In this document: piece by piece, positions 37,657 to 48,769 of the stretch | How the letters are laid out: each line of letters starts with the position of its first letter | How positions within the stretch are numbered: the stretch's first letter is position 1 | Assembly: GCA_040285825.1 (NCBI GenBank) | Contig: JAUPSS010000004.1 | Location: forward strand, 5,857,784-5,921,783 | Source: Eukaryota sp. TZLM1-RC | Lineage: Eukaryota; Protista; Metamonada: BaSk clade | Length of the DNA stretch: 64,000 nt | Direction of reading: 5' to 3' | Made by a program: the position numbers and the translations under genes | The notes under the pieces: model-generated | Seen by the model: the letters and a program-made list of their open reading frames with translations, nothing else | What the model was told of the DNA's origin: nothing | Database searches by the model: none

Positions 37657-38429
37657 ATGTCTCAATCAGCTGATGATCTTACCAAAACTCTGGACAACTT
37701 ACGAGAGCAGAATCGTCGGATGGCGAAGCATCAAGAAGCATCATACAAATGGCATCTTCAGCATCACACAAACCTCAAGAATGTCATCACGGCTCTCAAT
37801 CGACTCGGAGAGTTGCTCAATGAAAAACTTGTTGGTGTTGATAATGGCTTAGTAGTACAAGAGGATAAGGACTTGTTGGCTGTGTATGTTTCTGTAATAA
37901 CGTGATAACTATAGTGCTCAAGAACCATTCTCTAACAACCAAATGCTGACATCTTTACCTCCAACTCACGAACCAATACATGTACCAGAAGCAACACCTA
38001 ACAACTATGAGGTACACAGAACACCATCTACAACCATGAATCTTCATCAACTTGTTCTCAAATACCAACACAATCTTCATAATGAAGAGTTTCAAAACCG
38101 GTTACGTAACGTAAATGAAGAAGAGTTTAATACTCTTCAAGGTATATCCACCATACACACTAATCATAGAACTTTCAACTGAGATAATCCTACCACTGAT
38201 TGCTTCATGGTTGGAATCACAAACTTCCAGAATGGCTGGAGTTATTTACCTTTATGAAAGCGCAATGAAATTTCCCCAATTGTTCACACGATTAACTCAT
38301 AGATCATTGGTCAAACAATTCAGAGATATTGTGACTAGAATTTGTTCAGAACCATACGATTATGGTCTGTCCAGAGAAGAACTTCAAATGTTGGTAACAT
38401 TCCTAACAGAATGTTATGAACATTCCTGA
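37657..38429 (+). CDS. Hypothetical protein, coiled-coil N-terminus; 2 introns
   Basis: Introns 37884-37914 (GTATGT..TAG) and 38142-38169 (GTATAT..ACTAATCATAG) join ORFs 37642, 37943 and 38115 in frame. Confidence 0.75.
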
Positions 38430-38514
38430 TCAATAGAACCTTGTATTTAATTGCATCATCATAATGGATTTATTTTAATAAATGCCAAACATTTAAATTG
38501 TTGATTGGAACAAT

Positions 38515-40065
38515 AATATTTATTAAGCTTGCACACTGAACAAAATAAACTCAGAACTAATGGGACTAAATTCATTGAACCAAGATTTCCTCTACGAAAT
38601 CTTGATTTGCTTGCTGTCTAGCTAAAGCATCTCTTATTCGATTGAAAAACCGAGGTAATCTATTAATAATGGCAAATTGAATTCGAGAGCGCCATAAAAA
38701 GATATCAAATCTTTTCATTTTTTCCTGAACCATTTTTTGGAAACCATTCAAAAAAAATCCTGCTTCAACTGAGAATCTTTCGTTTATCGAAAATGGAAGA
38801 GCAATAAAAACAAGAGATCTATTTCTATCAGCATTAGCTTTTTCGATATCTTTGTCATATTTTCTATGTTTTTCTTGGGCCTTCAATTGGAAAGCACCTA
38901 CAGGATTAAATTTTCTTCTTTGAACCAAAGTGTCATTTGCAACATCACATGAGACCAAGTCAACAACAGCTTCAGAGTTCTCAATCCAATCACAATATAT
39001 ATCACCTCTATCAGAACTAAAATTATTCAGAAAAAGTGTTTCCTTCAGCAGAAGCTAGTTGATACACGATATTGTTGCAGTTTGTGCCATATTGAGAACA
39101 GTGTCTCTAACAGCATCATGTAATAAAGAACGATAAGTTATCAATTTAGAACAATTCGGAGCATGGTGCAAAATAAGTTGAGGTGAATTCGAACAAATAC
39201 ATTTTTCTTTTGATAATAATTGATTAATGGGAATATTCAAATATAATCTGATTTTTATTACAAAGGCTTCATTCGTGGCACACAATCCAAATCTTCGTGG
39301 CACAAAGGTCACAAACAGTGAAGAATCTGATGACTGATTTTCACAAACGCCCTTTTCCAATAACAATGAGTGGAGATCTTGATATGAAACAGCCGAGTTG
39401 CATTTATTTTTATAAAGCTCATTTTCATACATTCCAGTCAATCGTTTCTGTAATGTTCGAAGAGTGTATTTTAAATTTTGATAATTCTGTTCTGGAATAT
39501 TGCCATTGAATGATTGGGGAAAGCATCGACCCCATTTATCTGCATCAATTTTTGAAAATTTCCTCATTGAATGCAAAAACAGTAGAACTTTGCGTTGTCA
39601 TTAATTAATCTTCCCAATCTGCAAATCTTTCAGAAAACTCAAATATTGCATTTCTGCATCCACCTATAAAAGCACAAGAAGTAAGAATTGAGGCATTTGT
39701 CCAGCCTAAACCGCCATAATATGGACTAAGATAAGAATGGTCTGGAATTTGGAATATTTTACATCCTATTAATTGGAACAACACTTTTGCATGTAATTCA
39801 TTGAACTTCTGGGCCAAAGGCCTAGAGATGAGGGGATTTGTAGATCGAATTATATGATTAAAGTTGGAATTGGAACAAAGTCTTATAATGGTAAATTTGA
39901 TATGTTTTTGTACATCATATTTCATCATTTGGTCAATTTTGTCGGAAATGGTTTTCTTTATTGATCTTGCCCACTTAACAAAATATACTCATAACTTATG
40001 GGACGAAATTCATTGAAACAAGATTTCCTCTACAAAATCTTGATCTGCTTGCTGTCTAACTAAAG
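38515..40065 (-). mobile_element. 5'-truncated non-LTR family A copy plus an extra short A tail (~39985-40065)
   Basis: ORFs 39605-39928, 39055-39576 and 38572-38958 match family A. Confidence 0.9.
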
Positions 40066-40819
40066 TTGTCGGAAATTGAATTCAACATATCAAACTTGTT
40101 TTTGATTGGTTAAAACTGAATTAAATCTTTGATTAAACTATGCAAGACTAACCAATTGAATTTGAATAGGTATCCACGGTGATGATGGCTTTTGGCAGAA
40201 ATACCAAAGAAGTAAAGAGAGAAAAAAGCGTTTATTAATAAAGAAACCCGTTCTTCAACGAGTGCCACGTCATCAAGTGAAATCCTGAAATAGCTATTAA
40301 CCTTATTTATCAGCAACAACAACAGTGATGATTCTGTAGTAACCAAGTCCTTTTGGCCCACTATACTATGCAAGATGCTTCATACCAAACAATCTGCAGA
40401 ATAAAGATGCGGCATTTTTGTGAAGTTTGTCTCCATCCAATGCAAGTGTGAGCACAAAAGACAACTCATACATATTGCTCATCCAGCAGAAAACAAGCAC
40501 CATCACCATATCATTAGCCAAACACCAACATGCACAACATGTATCATAAAGCACGCTGTCTTATAGTGATCCATTGAAGGGTAGATGACTCAAAAAAGAT
40601 TCAAAATATGAAACAATACCATACACTATTTCTCCGAACATATAGTAATTATTGATCGTCCAATTGCTGAAAAAGAATGATTGATAAGAAAGTTTATTGT
40701 TTTCTTCCGAGTTAGCTAAATGCAATGCGATTAAGCTGTCACAATTAAATAATCTTCATCCAGAGGAAGATTTCCATTGTCCCATACCAGATTCAGTTGA
40801 AAGAAAGAAAGTTAAAAAA

Positions 40820-41030
40820 GTATTACAAATTAGATCTCGTAAAAAATTGAATTCCACTTTCCTGTTAAATAGAATTGTTTTTTGCATTTTCAAGTTTATT
40901 CCAACAATGATTTCTAAGGCTCTTTTAGCTATTGGTGTAGAATATGAACGAAATGCTGTGAGTAGGTTTAATAATAGTGACGCTTGTTTGGAGGATATTG
41001 AATACTAGACAGTATTTTAGTTTAAAAATA
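40820..41030 (+). mobile_element. 3' tail of non-LTR family C
   Basis: LNRIVFCIFK..SKALLAIGVEYERNAVSRF..DACLEDIE, almost identical to 51790-51946. Confidence 0.85.
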
Positions 41031-41054
41031 GAGTTTTCAAAAAAATTTATTGTT

Positions 41055-41562
41055 TTACTTACAAAAGACTCGCTTTTCTAGCTGGTCTAATCGTTTTAGA
41101 GTATCACTTAGTTGCTCCTCTAGTCGATGATTTCGTCTATTGGTTGCATCCAGTTTTGATTCCAACATTTCGTTTCGTTTTCTGAGGTCGTCAAGTAAGT
41201 TGTGTAAATCCTGGCGATCTTTCGAAAGAACATGGTTTTGTCTTTCCAGATGAGAGATTCTAACTTCCAGCTCGGTAATGTCTTGGCAAGCTTGAGCCAG
41301 TTGCTTTCGGTCCTGCTCAACGACTGCCGGGTCTATCCTAGAGTTCTTAATACGTTGTAGTAGGGATTCAGCTTGTTCAACCTTTGTAGACATGAGTTGA
41401 AGTTGTTGTATATATTGTTCATGAATTTCTAATGATTCCTTTATCTCTTGCGGAGAGTACATTGATATGAAGGTATCTGGTGGTACACTGTTGAGAAAGT
41501 CCTGATTGAAGGGTATGATAATGGATTTAAAGTTATGAAGTTCAGATGTAGATTCGAACATT
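41055..41562 (-). CDS. Hypothetical coiled-coil protein
   Basis: Open frame with a heptad-rich C-terminus. First ATG ~41562; the track start is TTG and overlaps PCH2. Confidence 0.6.
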
Positions 41563-41616
41563 GGGAGGGAACTTTGTAAGGATTTGAAATGATTCACTAA
41601 ATCCGGCAAAAGACTT

Positions 41617-42884
41617 ATGCACTCCAACACTTCATCTGTCTTGGTGGAGGTGTCGTTGAGGCAGGATTCCAATGTAGAAGATTCGTCTGTTCGGAGTGCA
41701 GTTTCCTCATTCCTTTCCCGTCATTGTTACATAATTCGTCCTGGACCACTGTGTTTCACATCTGACAAATTTCTTTCTGAACATTGTGACTCTATAACAA
41801 TTTCTGATCCATCCCATACAATTAATCCATTTCACAAGGTTCTATTTTTTTGGCAAGTAACGTTCGATATCGCAGTTTTTCACCTCCACACAACTGGAGG
41901 GGAATCAGAACATCTGGAAGAAGAAGATGACAATGCAGAGACACCAGCTTTGACACAATGGCCTCTTCCATCCACACATTTTGCTGGATCATGGGAAGCC
42001 TTGTTGTATGAGGAAGATATAAAATCAAAACTGTTGCAGTACACAACAACTGCACTTCGCTTTTCAGATGCTAATGTAAATCCAAATTTTATCACTTGGA
42101 ATCGTGTAGTTTTGCTCCACGGACCTCCTGGATCTGGTATGTATTGTTGAATAATAGACTAACTGCAGGTAAAACATCATTATGCAAAGCGTTAGCTCAA
42201 AAGCTATCAATTGTGCTCCATTCAAGATTTTCCACCTCTCATCTTGTTGAAATCAATGCCCATTCCCTCTTCTCGAGATGGTTCTCCGAGTCTGGTAAAT
42301 TAGTTCTCCGAATGTTTGACACAATTGCTGATCTGCTCACCGATCCCAATACATTCATAACAGTGCTAATAGACGAAGTAGAATCTCTTTCTGCTTCACG
42401 TAAGGCTGCCATGAGTGGTAGTGAACCAAGTGATGCCATCAGGGTAGTCAATGCACTCCTTACTCAAATAGACAGAGTTGGCAAACTACCCAATGTGCTA
42501 ATTATGTGCACAACTAACATTACCGCAGCTGTTGATCTAGCCTTTGTGGATAGAGCTGATCTCAAGTTGTTTTTGGGCCTTCCTCCTCCAAGAATTGTAT
42601 ACACTTTGTTTAGCCAGAGCATAGATTCACTGATGAATTCTGGGCTGATAAAGAAGTGCAAACTAGCTTCTTGGGACGACAGACAGGAAAATGAAGTGGG
42701 GAAAGCACTGGAGGATGTTGCTAATGTTGCTCATGGTTTTTCTGGCAGGGCTTTGAGAAAATTACCATTTATAGCATTCGCCTTTTATTCAAGAACATCA
42801 AGTATGAATTTATTGGAGTTCTTAGATTCTTTAAAAAGAGCCATTATTATTGAAAAGAACAACAGAGAATTATTGGATGATTAA
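41617..42884 (+). CDS. PCH2: Pachytene checkpoint AAA+ ATPase PCH2/TRIP13; one 32-nt intron (42137-42168)
   Basis: WNRVVLLHGPPGS|GKTSLCKALAQKL restored by splicing; EINAHSLFSRWFSESGKLV, LIDEVESL, EPSDAIRVVNALLTQID, DLAFVDRAD, SGR.LRKLP. Confidence 0.95.
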
Positions 42885-43005
42885 TGACATTTATTTAAGA
42901 CTATTTTGTAAAAAGACTAGTATTTGGTCTAATTTGATTAAAATGGACTGGAAAAACTATTAAATTATCTAAAGTGAATAAATAAGAAACTAATTAATTA
43001 ACTAA

Positions 43006-44031
43006 TTAAATTCTCCTCTTCTTTTTCTTTGGGGTTTGTGTAGATTGTTTCTGAGAAGATTGCATCTTTCGAACATTTGACATTAGTAAAAGAGAACCTT
43101 CCTCTTGAGAAGAATCAGAATCGCCGTCAGAATCAATCACATCAAGATCACTTTCCTGATCGGTTGATTGACTATCATCATCATCATTTGATTGATCACT
43201 TTCTTCAACATTAGTGGGAACCTTGGAAAGACTTCCCAAAGGAGTATCCAAATGCTTACAAATCACATCAGCAAGCTCGTACAACATTTTCCTTGCTTGT
43301 GGTGTGGTGTCTGGTGAAGAAGAGGCATGAAAGAAGGCAATCTCGGAGAAGGACATTAGCAACACAACATTGGGGGAGGACTCTTCATCATCAGCAGGTA
43401 GGAGAGAAGTGATGATGTCAGAAAGAGCAAGCTTATGGCAATTCCGAAGGTATTTGTTCTTCGTCTTACACATGGCCACCACCACTGAGTAGAGGAAAGG
43501 AAGGCATGCATTAGGAGGGGGAGCTTGTCCGAAAACTTCAAAGACTTCTTCTGGAAGAACATCACAAATGTGTGATTGAAGGCCAAATGGGAGGATCTTC
43601 TCATCGGACATCATGGTGGTGAGTGATTCACCGAAGGATTCAGCATAATCTGAATTTGAGAGAGAGCACGTCATGGCTCTGCGTAACAAGAGACGTATTA
43701 GGTACAGGAACTTATCTAAACGCAAATTATCGATGTTGCCCCATTGACGGCCCAGTTCAGTCAATAGAAAGGTGAAGAAACGAACAGCTTGATCTTCATT
43801 GAGCATTTGTATACATGATGAAACCCTTTCTGATAAAGAAGCTTGTACTAGAGGCTTATCTGAGTGCCAAATACAGTAGAAAAGACCGTGAAGAACACGT
43901 TTAAAATACAAATCTTCCAGTGGCTCTGATTGAAGAAGGTTCTTAAGATCTTCAAAAGCCTGATCTCGTGTGGTTTTTTCTGTGTGTGCAAGTCGTCTAG
44001 TAAGTAAACGCACTTCTTTTTCCGAAACCAT
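43006..44031 (-). CDS. RRP1: rRNA-processing protein RRP1/Nop52
   Basis: LAHTEK.TRD.A, GLFYCIWHSDKPLVQ, W.NID.LRLDKFLYLIR, G...H..DV..EE; acidic/basic tail. Confidence 0.92.
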   Translation of the reverse strand: MVSEKEVRLLTRRLAHTEKTTRDQAFEDLKNLLQSEPLEDLYFKRVLHGLFYCIWHSDKPLVQASLSERVSSCIQMLNEDQAVRFFTFLLTELGRQWGNIDNLRLDKFLYLIRLLLRRAMTCSLSNSDYAESFGESLTTMMSDEKILPFGLQSHICDVLPEEVFEVFGQAPPPNACLPFLYSVVVAMCKTKNKYLRNCHKLALSDIITSLLPADDEESSPNVVLLMSFSEIAFFHASSSPDTTPQARKMLYELADVICKHLDTPLGSLSKVPTNVEESDQSNDDDDSQSTDQESDLDVIDSDGDSDSSQEEGSLLLMSNVRKMQSSQKQSTQTPKKKKRRI

Positions 44032-44679
44032 TATCAGTGATTGAGGCAATTATTGAAGTGTAGTTGTTCTTTTTTGATAAAAGATTTTCCAACCTCTGAA
44101 TCAAAGTCATTCTTGGTTTCACAAAGTTCTCAATTGATGACGGACCTCTCCAATGAAGTGTTGAATCACAATACACTGGTTTCTGTGATATCAGTCACAA
44201 ACCAAAATGTGATAACCTGATGTTGCAGTGATCAGAAAAATTAAATCCAATAACAACACAACACACATTATTTATAAATAAAACTGCTTGGAACTTCCTA
44301 AACAGGCGTCTTCAACATTGTATTTATTTATTGATCATTAACTTTCCAAAATTTAATACTTCAAATTAACGTTTCTTTGACGATTTGGTTAAATATTCTT
44401 AATCGTAATTGAAACATTCCATCAATGGGTAAAGGATGGGACAACGATCAGGTAATACTACCACTGCCAATAGATGGCATTTTAAGTTCATTACTCAATA
44501 CTACAAGTCTTAAGGACGTACTATTTCTAACTTGTAACTTCGATCTTATACAATAATTGTCTACAATTGCAAATTCTTTTTGCAAAAGATACAAATTATA
44601 AGACCCAAAAATGACAATATTTAATAGAAAAAAACAGTACAATTACAATGATGTATTTTATCAAACTTACGCACTTGAC

Positions 44680-46115
44680 AGAATAAAATCATTACTGATG
44701 AGACCAAAATCATTGAACCAGGATTTTCTATATACAATCTTGATCTGCTTGATGTTTCTGTTTGATTGTCGTTTTGAAAATAAATAATTTTTTTTAAAAA
44801 AAGCTTGATGTCTAGCTAAAGCTTCTCTGATTCGATTGAAAAACCGAAACAATGTATTAATAATGGCAAATTGAATTCGGGAGCGCCATAAAAAGATAGG
44901 AAATCTTTTCATTGTTTTTTCCTGAACCATCTTTTAAAAGTCGTTCAAAAAAGTTCCTGCTTCAACTGATAGTCTTCCGTATATCGAAAGTGGAAAAACA
45001 ATAAAAACAAGAGGTTTACTTCTATCAGCATTAGCTTCTTCAATATCTTTGTCATATTTTCTATGTTTTTCTTGGGCCTTAAGTTGGAAAGCACCTACAG
45101 AATTAAGTTTTCTTCTTTAAACCCAAGTGTCATTTGCAACATTACATGCGAAAAAGTCAACAACAGCTTCAGAGTTCTCAATTTGATCACAATATATATC
45201 ATCTTTATCATCAGAACCAAAATTATTCAATGGGAGTGTTTCCTTCAGCAGAGGCTCTTTGATACACGATATTCTTGCAGTTTGTGCCATATTGAAAACA
45301 GTGTCTCCAACAGCATCATGTAATGAAGAACGATAAGTTATCAACTTAGAACAATTCAGAGCATGGCGCAAAGTGAGTTGAGGTGAATTCGGACAAATAC
45401 ATTTTTCTTTTGATAATAATTGATTTATGGGGATATTCAAATATAATCTCATTTTTGTTACAAATGCTTCATTAGTGGCACACAATCCAAATCTTCGTGG
45501 CACAATGGTCACAAACAGTGAAAAATTTGATGACTGATTTTCACAAACACCATTTTCCAATATCAATGAGTGGAAATCTTGATTTAAAACAGCCGAACTG
45601 CATATATTTTTATAAAGATCATTTTCATACATTCTAGTCAGTCGTTTTTGTAATGTTCGAAGAGTGTATTTTAAATTTAAATAATTCGTTTCTGGAATAA
45701 TGCCATTGAATGATTGGGGAAAGCATCGGCTCCATTTTTCTACATCAAATTTTGAAAATTTCCTCATTTAATGCAAAAATGGTAGAACTTTGCGTTGTCA
45801 TCAATAAATCATCCCAATCTGCAAATCTTTCGGAAAACTCAAAGATTGCATTTCTGCATCCACCGATAACAGCACAAAAAGTAAGAATTGAGGCCTTTGT
45901 CCAACCTAAACCGCGATAATGTGGACTAAGAAAAGCATGATCAGGAATTTTGAACATTTTACATCCTAGTAATTGTGATAAAACTTTTGCACGTAATTCA
46001 TTGAACTTCTGGGCCAAAGGCCTAGAGATGAGTAGATGTAGATCGAAATATATGATTAAAATTGGAATTGAAACAAAGTCTTATAATGGTAAATTTGATG
46101 TGTTTTTGTGCATCC
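44680..46115 (-). mobile_element. 5'-truncated non-LTR family A copy with a displaced tail fragment
   Basis: ORFs 45745-46017, 45117-45767 and 44667-44930 match family A. Confidence 0.9.
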
Positions 46116-46163
46116 AATTTACAAATACAATTACTAAAAACTAGTTTGACCCGAAAAAAGCTA

Positions 46164-46631
46164 TTAGATCAATGCCAGCAAGTTCTTAACCTTACTCAAG
46201 TCAGAACCTACTGCAATGGTACTGATTAGCACCAGGGCTTCTGCTTTGCTCAAGCTGAACTTAACTGAATTTCGTTCAAGTTTTTCAACAATAGTCGTCT
46301 TGGCAAAAAAATCGGTTTCCAATAATGCAAAGATATCAGTGACAACACAATGGTAGCCAAAGTAGCGAAAAGATGCAGCCAGTTGTCCCACAACAATTGG
46401 AACCAAAGCTCTTAGCGAAAGAATGATTCGATGGAGTTCATTCTTAACAAGAGCAATCTCCGCTAACTGTGATGCTATTTTATCCACAAGCGAAAAGGAT
46501 GTATCGGTCTTATTGCTTTCAGTTTGATTGGTCACACTAACCAATGATGAATAGAAAGAGTTTACAACTGACAGAGATTTTGCACAAGAAAGGTACTCTT
46601 CACATAAGGAAGAAAACTGTCTCAAGGACAT
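46164..46631 (-). CDS. Hypothetical protein
   Basis: Open frame from ATG 46631 (MSLRQFSS...). The upstream track extension runs into the adjacent element end. Confidence 0.55.
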   Translation of the reverse strand: MSLRQFSSLCEEYLSCAKSLSVVNSFYSSLVSVTNQTESNKTDTSFSLVDKIASQLAEIALVKNELHRIILSLRALVPIVVGQLAASFRYFGYHCVVTDIFALLETDFFAKTTIVEKLERNSVKFSLSKAEALVLISTIAVGSDLSKVKNLLALI

Positions 46632-47178
46632 CAACCATATATGGGGGTATTGGATAAATATAAATTTGTTGCAATCTGCCAGATACTGTGAATTTCTATC
46701 AAAACGCACTTCTGGCTTTTGACCAATTCATGCAATCCTGATAGACGTTAAGCTTACTTTAGTTCTATCACTATATGATATCACGATCAAATGATAGTTA
46801 AAGCAGCAAAATCACAATACGCGTACAGGTACGCAATACATGGAAAAGCACTTATCTATGGGGTCTCCGGAACGCCTCAGGTCTTTCATTGTAGTAGTGC
46901 TCACTTATGGCAATCTCCAGTTGGTTTCTGGAAGCTGAGATGTCCCTCGACCAGAGTGTCTGACATTGAGGGCATACAAACTTATCATTGTTCACCCTCC
47001 CATCATCGTGACCATCATCGTTTCCTTTTCAAGAAAGAAAATAGTTGAGGCAGCTTGAGTATCACGTATTGAAGTGTTTAATTATCATTTTGCTGATGTT
47101 TTATCTTTTTATAGATATAAGAAGTTGTTAATAAATGAAATTTTATTGACCGTCTGATCTTTTCTTGACTGACATTCC

Positions 47179-47532
47179 TTGGCTAATGGAAGAGAAGCCA
47201 TAATTTGGTTTGGTAGTGAAGGTGATGGGCCATCAAGACAAGCTGTGAAAACCCCCAGGAAGCGCTTTTTGAAGGAGATTCAGAAACATTTTACATATGT
47301 GAAGCCTAATGGAGATAAATTCTACACATCTGCCAAAACGAATTGCTGTAAGGTATTCAATCAAAAGTTGTATGACGATGATGGGAGGGTGAACAATGAT
47401 AAGTTTGTATGCCCTAAATGTCAGACACTCTGGTCGAGGGACATCTCAGCTTCCAGAACCCAACTGGAGATTGCCATAAGTGAGCACTACTACAATGAAA
47501 GACCTGAGGCGTTCCGGAGACCCCGTAAATAA
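47179..47532 (+). pseudogene. C-terminal remnant of a Fanzor/TnpB-like RuvC nuclease (family B)
   Basis: IIWFG; DKFYTSAKTNCC (RuvC-II/Zn half); CPKCQTLWSRDISASR (Zn half and RuvC-III Asp); RPEAFRR tail typical of Fanzor1. RuvC-I and the N-terminus are absent. Confidence 0.8.
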
Positions 47533-47698
47533 GTGCTTTTCGATGAAATGCGTACCTGTACGCGTATTGTGATGTTGCTGCTTTAACTATCATTTGATCG
47601 TGATATCATATAGTGATAGAACTAAAGTAAGCTTAACGTCTATCAAGATTACATGGATTGGTCAAAAGGCAGAGGTGCGTTTTGATAGAAATTCACAA
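47533..47698 (+). ncRNA. Putative omega-RNA scaffold of Fanzor family B (mirror copy ~46686-46851 on the minus strand)
   Basis: Lies between the nuclease stop codon and the element end. Hairpins GCGTAC/GTACGC, CTATCA/TGATAG inside a longer stem, and a terminal TG(G/A)ATT..GTCAAAA/TTTTGAT..AATTCA stem. Confidence 0.6.
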
Positions 47699-47779
47699 TA
47701 CTAACATCATAACCAGGGATAACTCAAGTGATAAAGTACTTTAATTCCATATTTTGGACCACTTTAGCCATCCCTGATC

Positions 47780-48088
47780 ATGACCATTACACACACAGTA
47801 CCTCTTGTCTCTTCAGGATCAGAGCTGGAATATCTATGTATTGAATTACAGGGCTTTTTAGAGACTCATCTCTCTGAGTCTGAGCTTCAAGGTGTTTCAG
47901 TGGGCAACATCACATTTGAAACAGAAGATACCGCTTATCTCGTCATAGGAAACCACAGGTTATCTGGGAAACTTTCGCCTCTGCCAAAGCCAAGACTTGT
48001 GTTAGAAAAACAGGACGGTCAAGTCATGGTACGAGGTTTCATAAAGAAAGTGTTGAGGTTCAACACACGCCCTTCTTTGATAGTGTAG
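47780..48088 (+). CDS. CTF8: Chromosome transmission fidelity protein 8
   Basis: IELQG.LE, VG.I.F, L.IG.H.L.GK...L.KP.LVLEK, V.G.IKK.L.F.TRP. Confidence 0.85.
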   Translation: MTITHTVPLVSSGSELEYLCIELQGFLETHLSESELQGVSVGNITFETEDTAYLVIGNHRLSGKLSPLPKPRLVLEKQDGQVMVRGFIKKVLRFNTRPSLIV

Positions 48089-48769
48089 ATTGTTTGGTTT
48101 TGTCATTGTTCCCACCACTGTTTTCTTGTTTATTATTCTTATTACAGTATGATTGATTCTTGATGTGCAAGTCATTAGGGTTTTAATTAGTGTAAAAAAT
48201 AATTTAATTAATTTAATTTGAAGTTTACTGTGTTTTTTTGTGTTTAATTGCTTTTGAAATCTCAAATTTAATTTGATAACTGAAGACTTAAATTTTCTTT
48301 TCACTGGTGTAGAATTGATTTTGTCATCTGGTCTTTAGAGTTTTCAGGTCTTTGCCAACATTTGCTTCAAAATTTCGTAGTAGGATTTTACAAGTTTTTC
48401 TAATAATTCAATGAAACCCAGACACAATTTCGAATTCCAATAGCCATAATGAATAGATTTCTTTGGTTCTTTCATCGATTAATAGGAGCAATGGCGAGAA
48501 AACAAGCATACCAGGGTTTTGTGGGAAAAGTCCTGGTTCATTGAATTTAGTCCCATTAGTTGTGATTAGTTCATTAAGTGTTGTAGTTCAATAAAACGTT
48601 TATCGGATACAAGTTGAAATCAATAATTACCATGAGAAAACTCTAAAGCTATGACTTGTCTTGTGTTATTTTATCGTGTTGATTACAATTATTATTCCAA
48701 GATTAAGATAAAACTCAGTGCTTAATGGTGAAACAAAATAATTACACCTCTTTCACCAATTATCTGACT

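Larger units (their letters stand above)
46686..47698. mobile_element. Non-autonomous Fanzor-derived element (family B) with ~324-bp terminal inverted repeats and flanking TA
   Basis: 46686-47009 is the reverse complement of 47375-47698 (about 14 mismatches by eye). Ends read TA|CTGTGAATTTC...GAAATTCACAA|TA. Confidence 0.88.

Noticed and set aside
40110-40575. BTB/BACK-like gene remnant
   Set aside because: Only faint similarity across several stops; not supportable without a search.
41617-41672. Overlapping head-to-head genes
   Set aside because: The overlap depends on a TTG start; the first ATG of the minus gene (~41562) removes it.
46791-47048. 85-aa ORF as a gene
   Set aside because: It is the antisense of the duplicated Fanzor C-terminus in the left arm.
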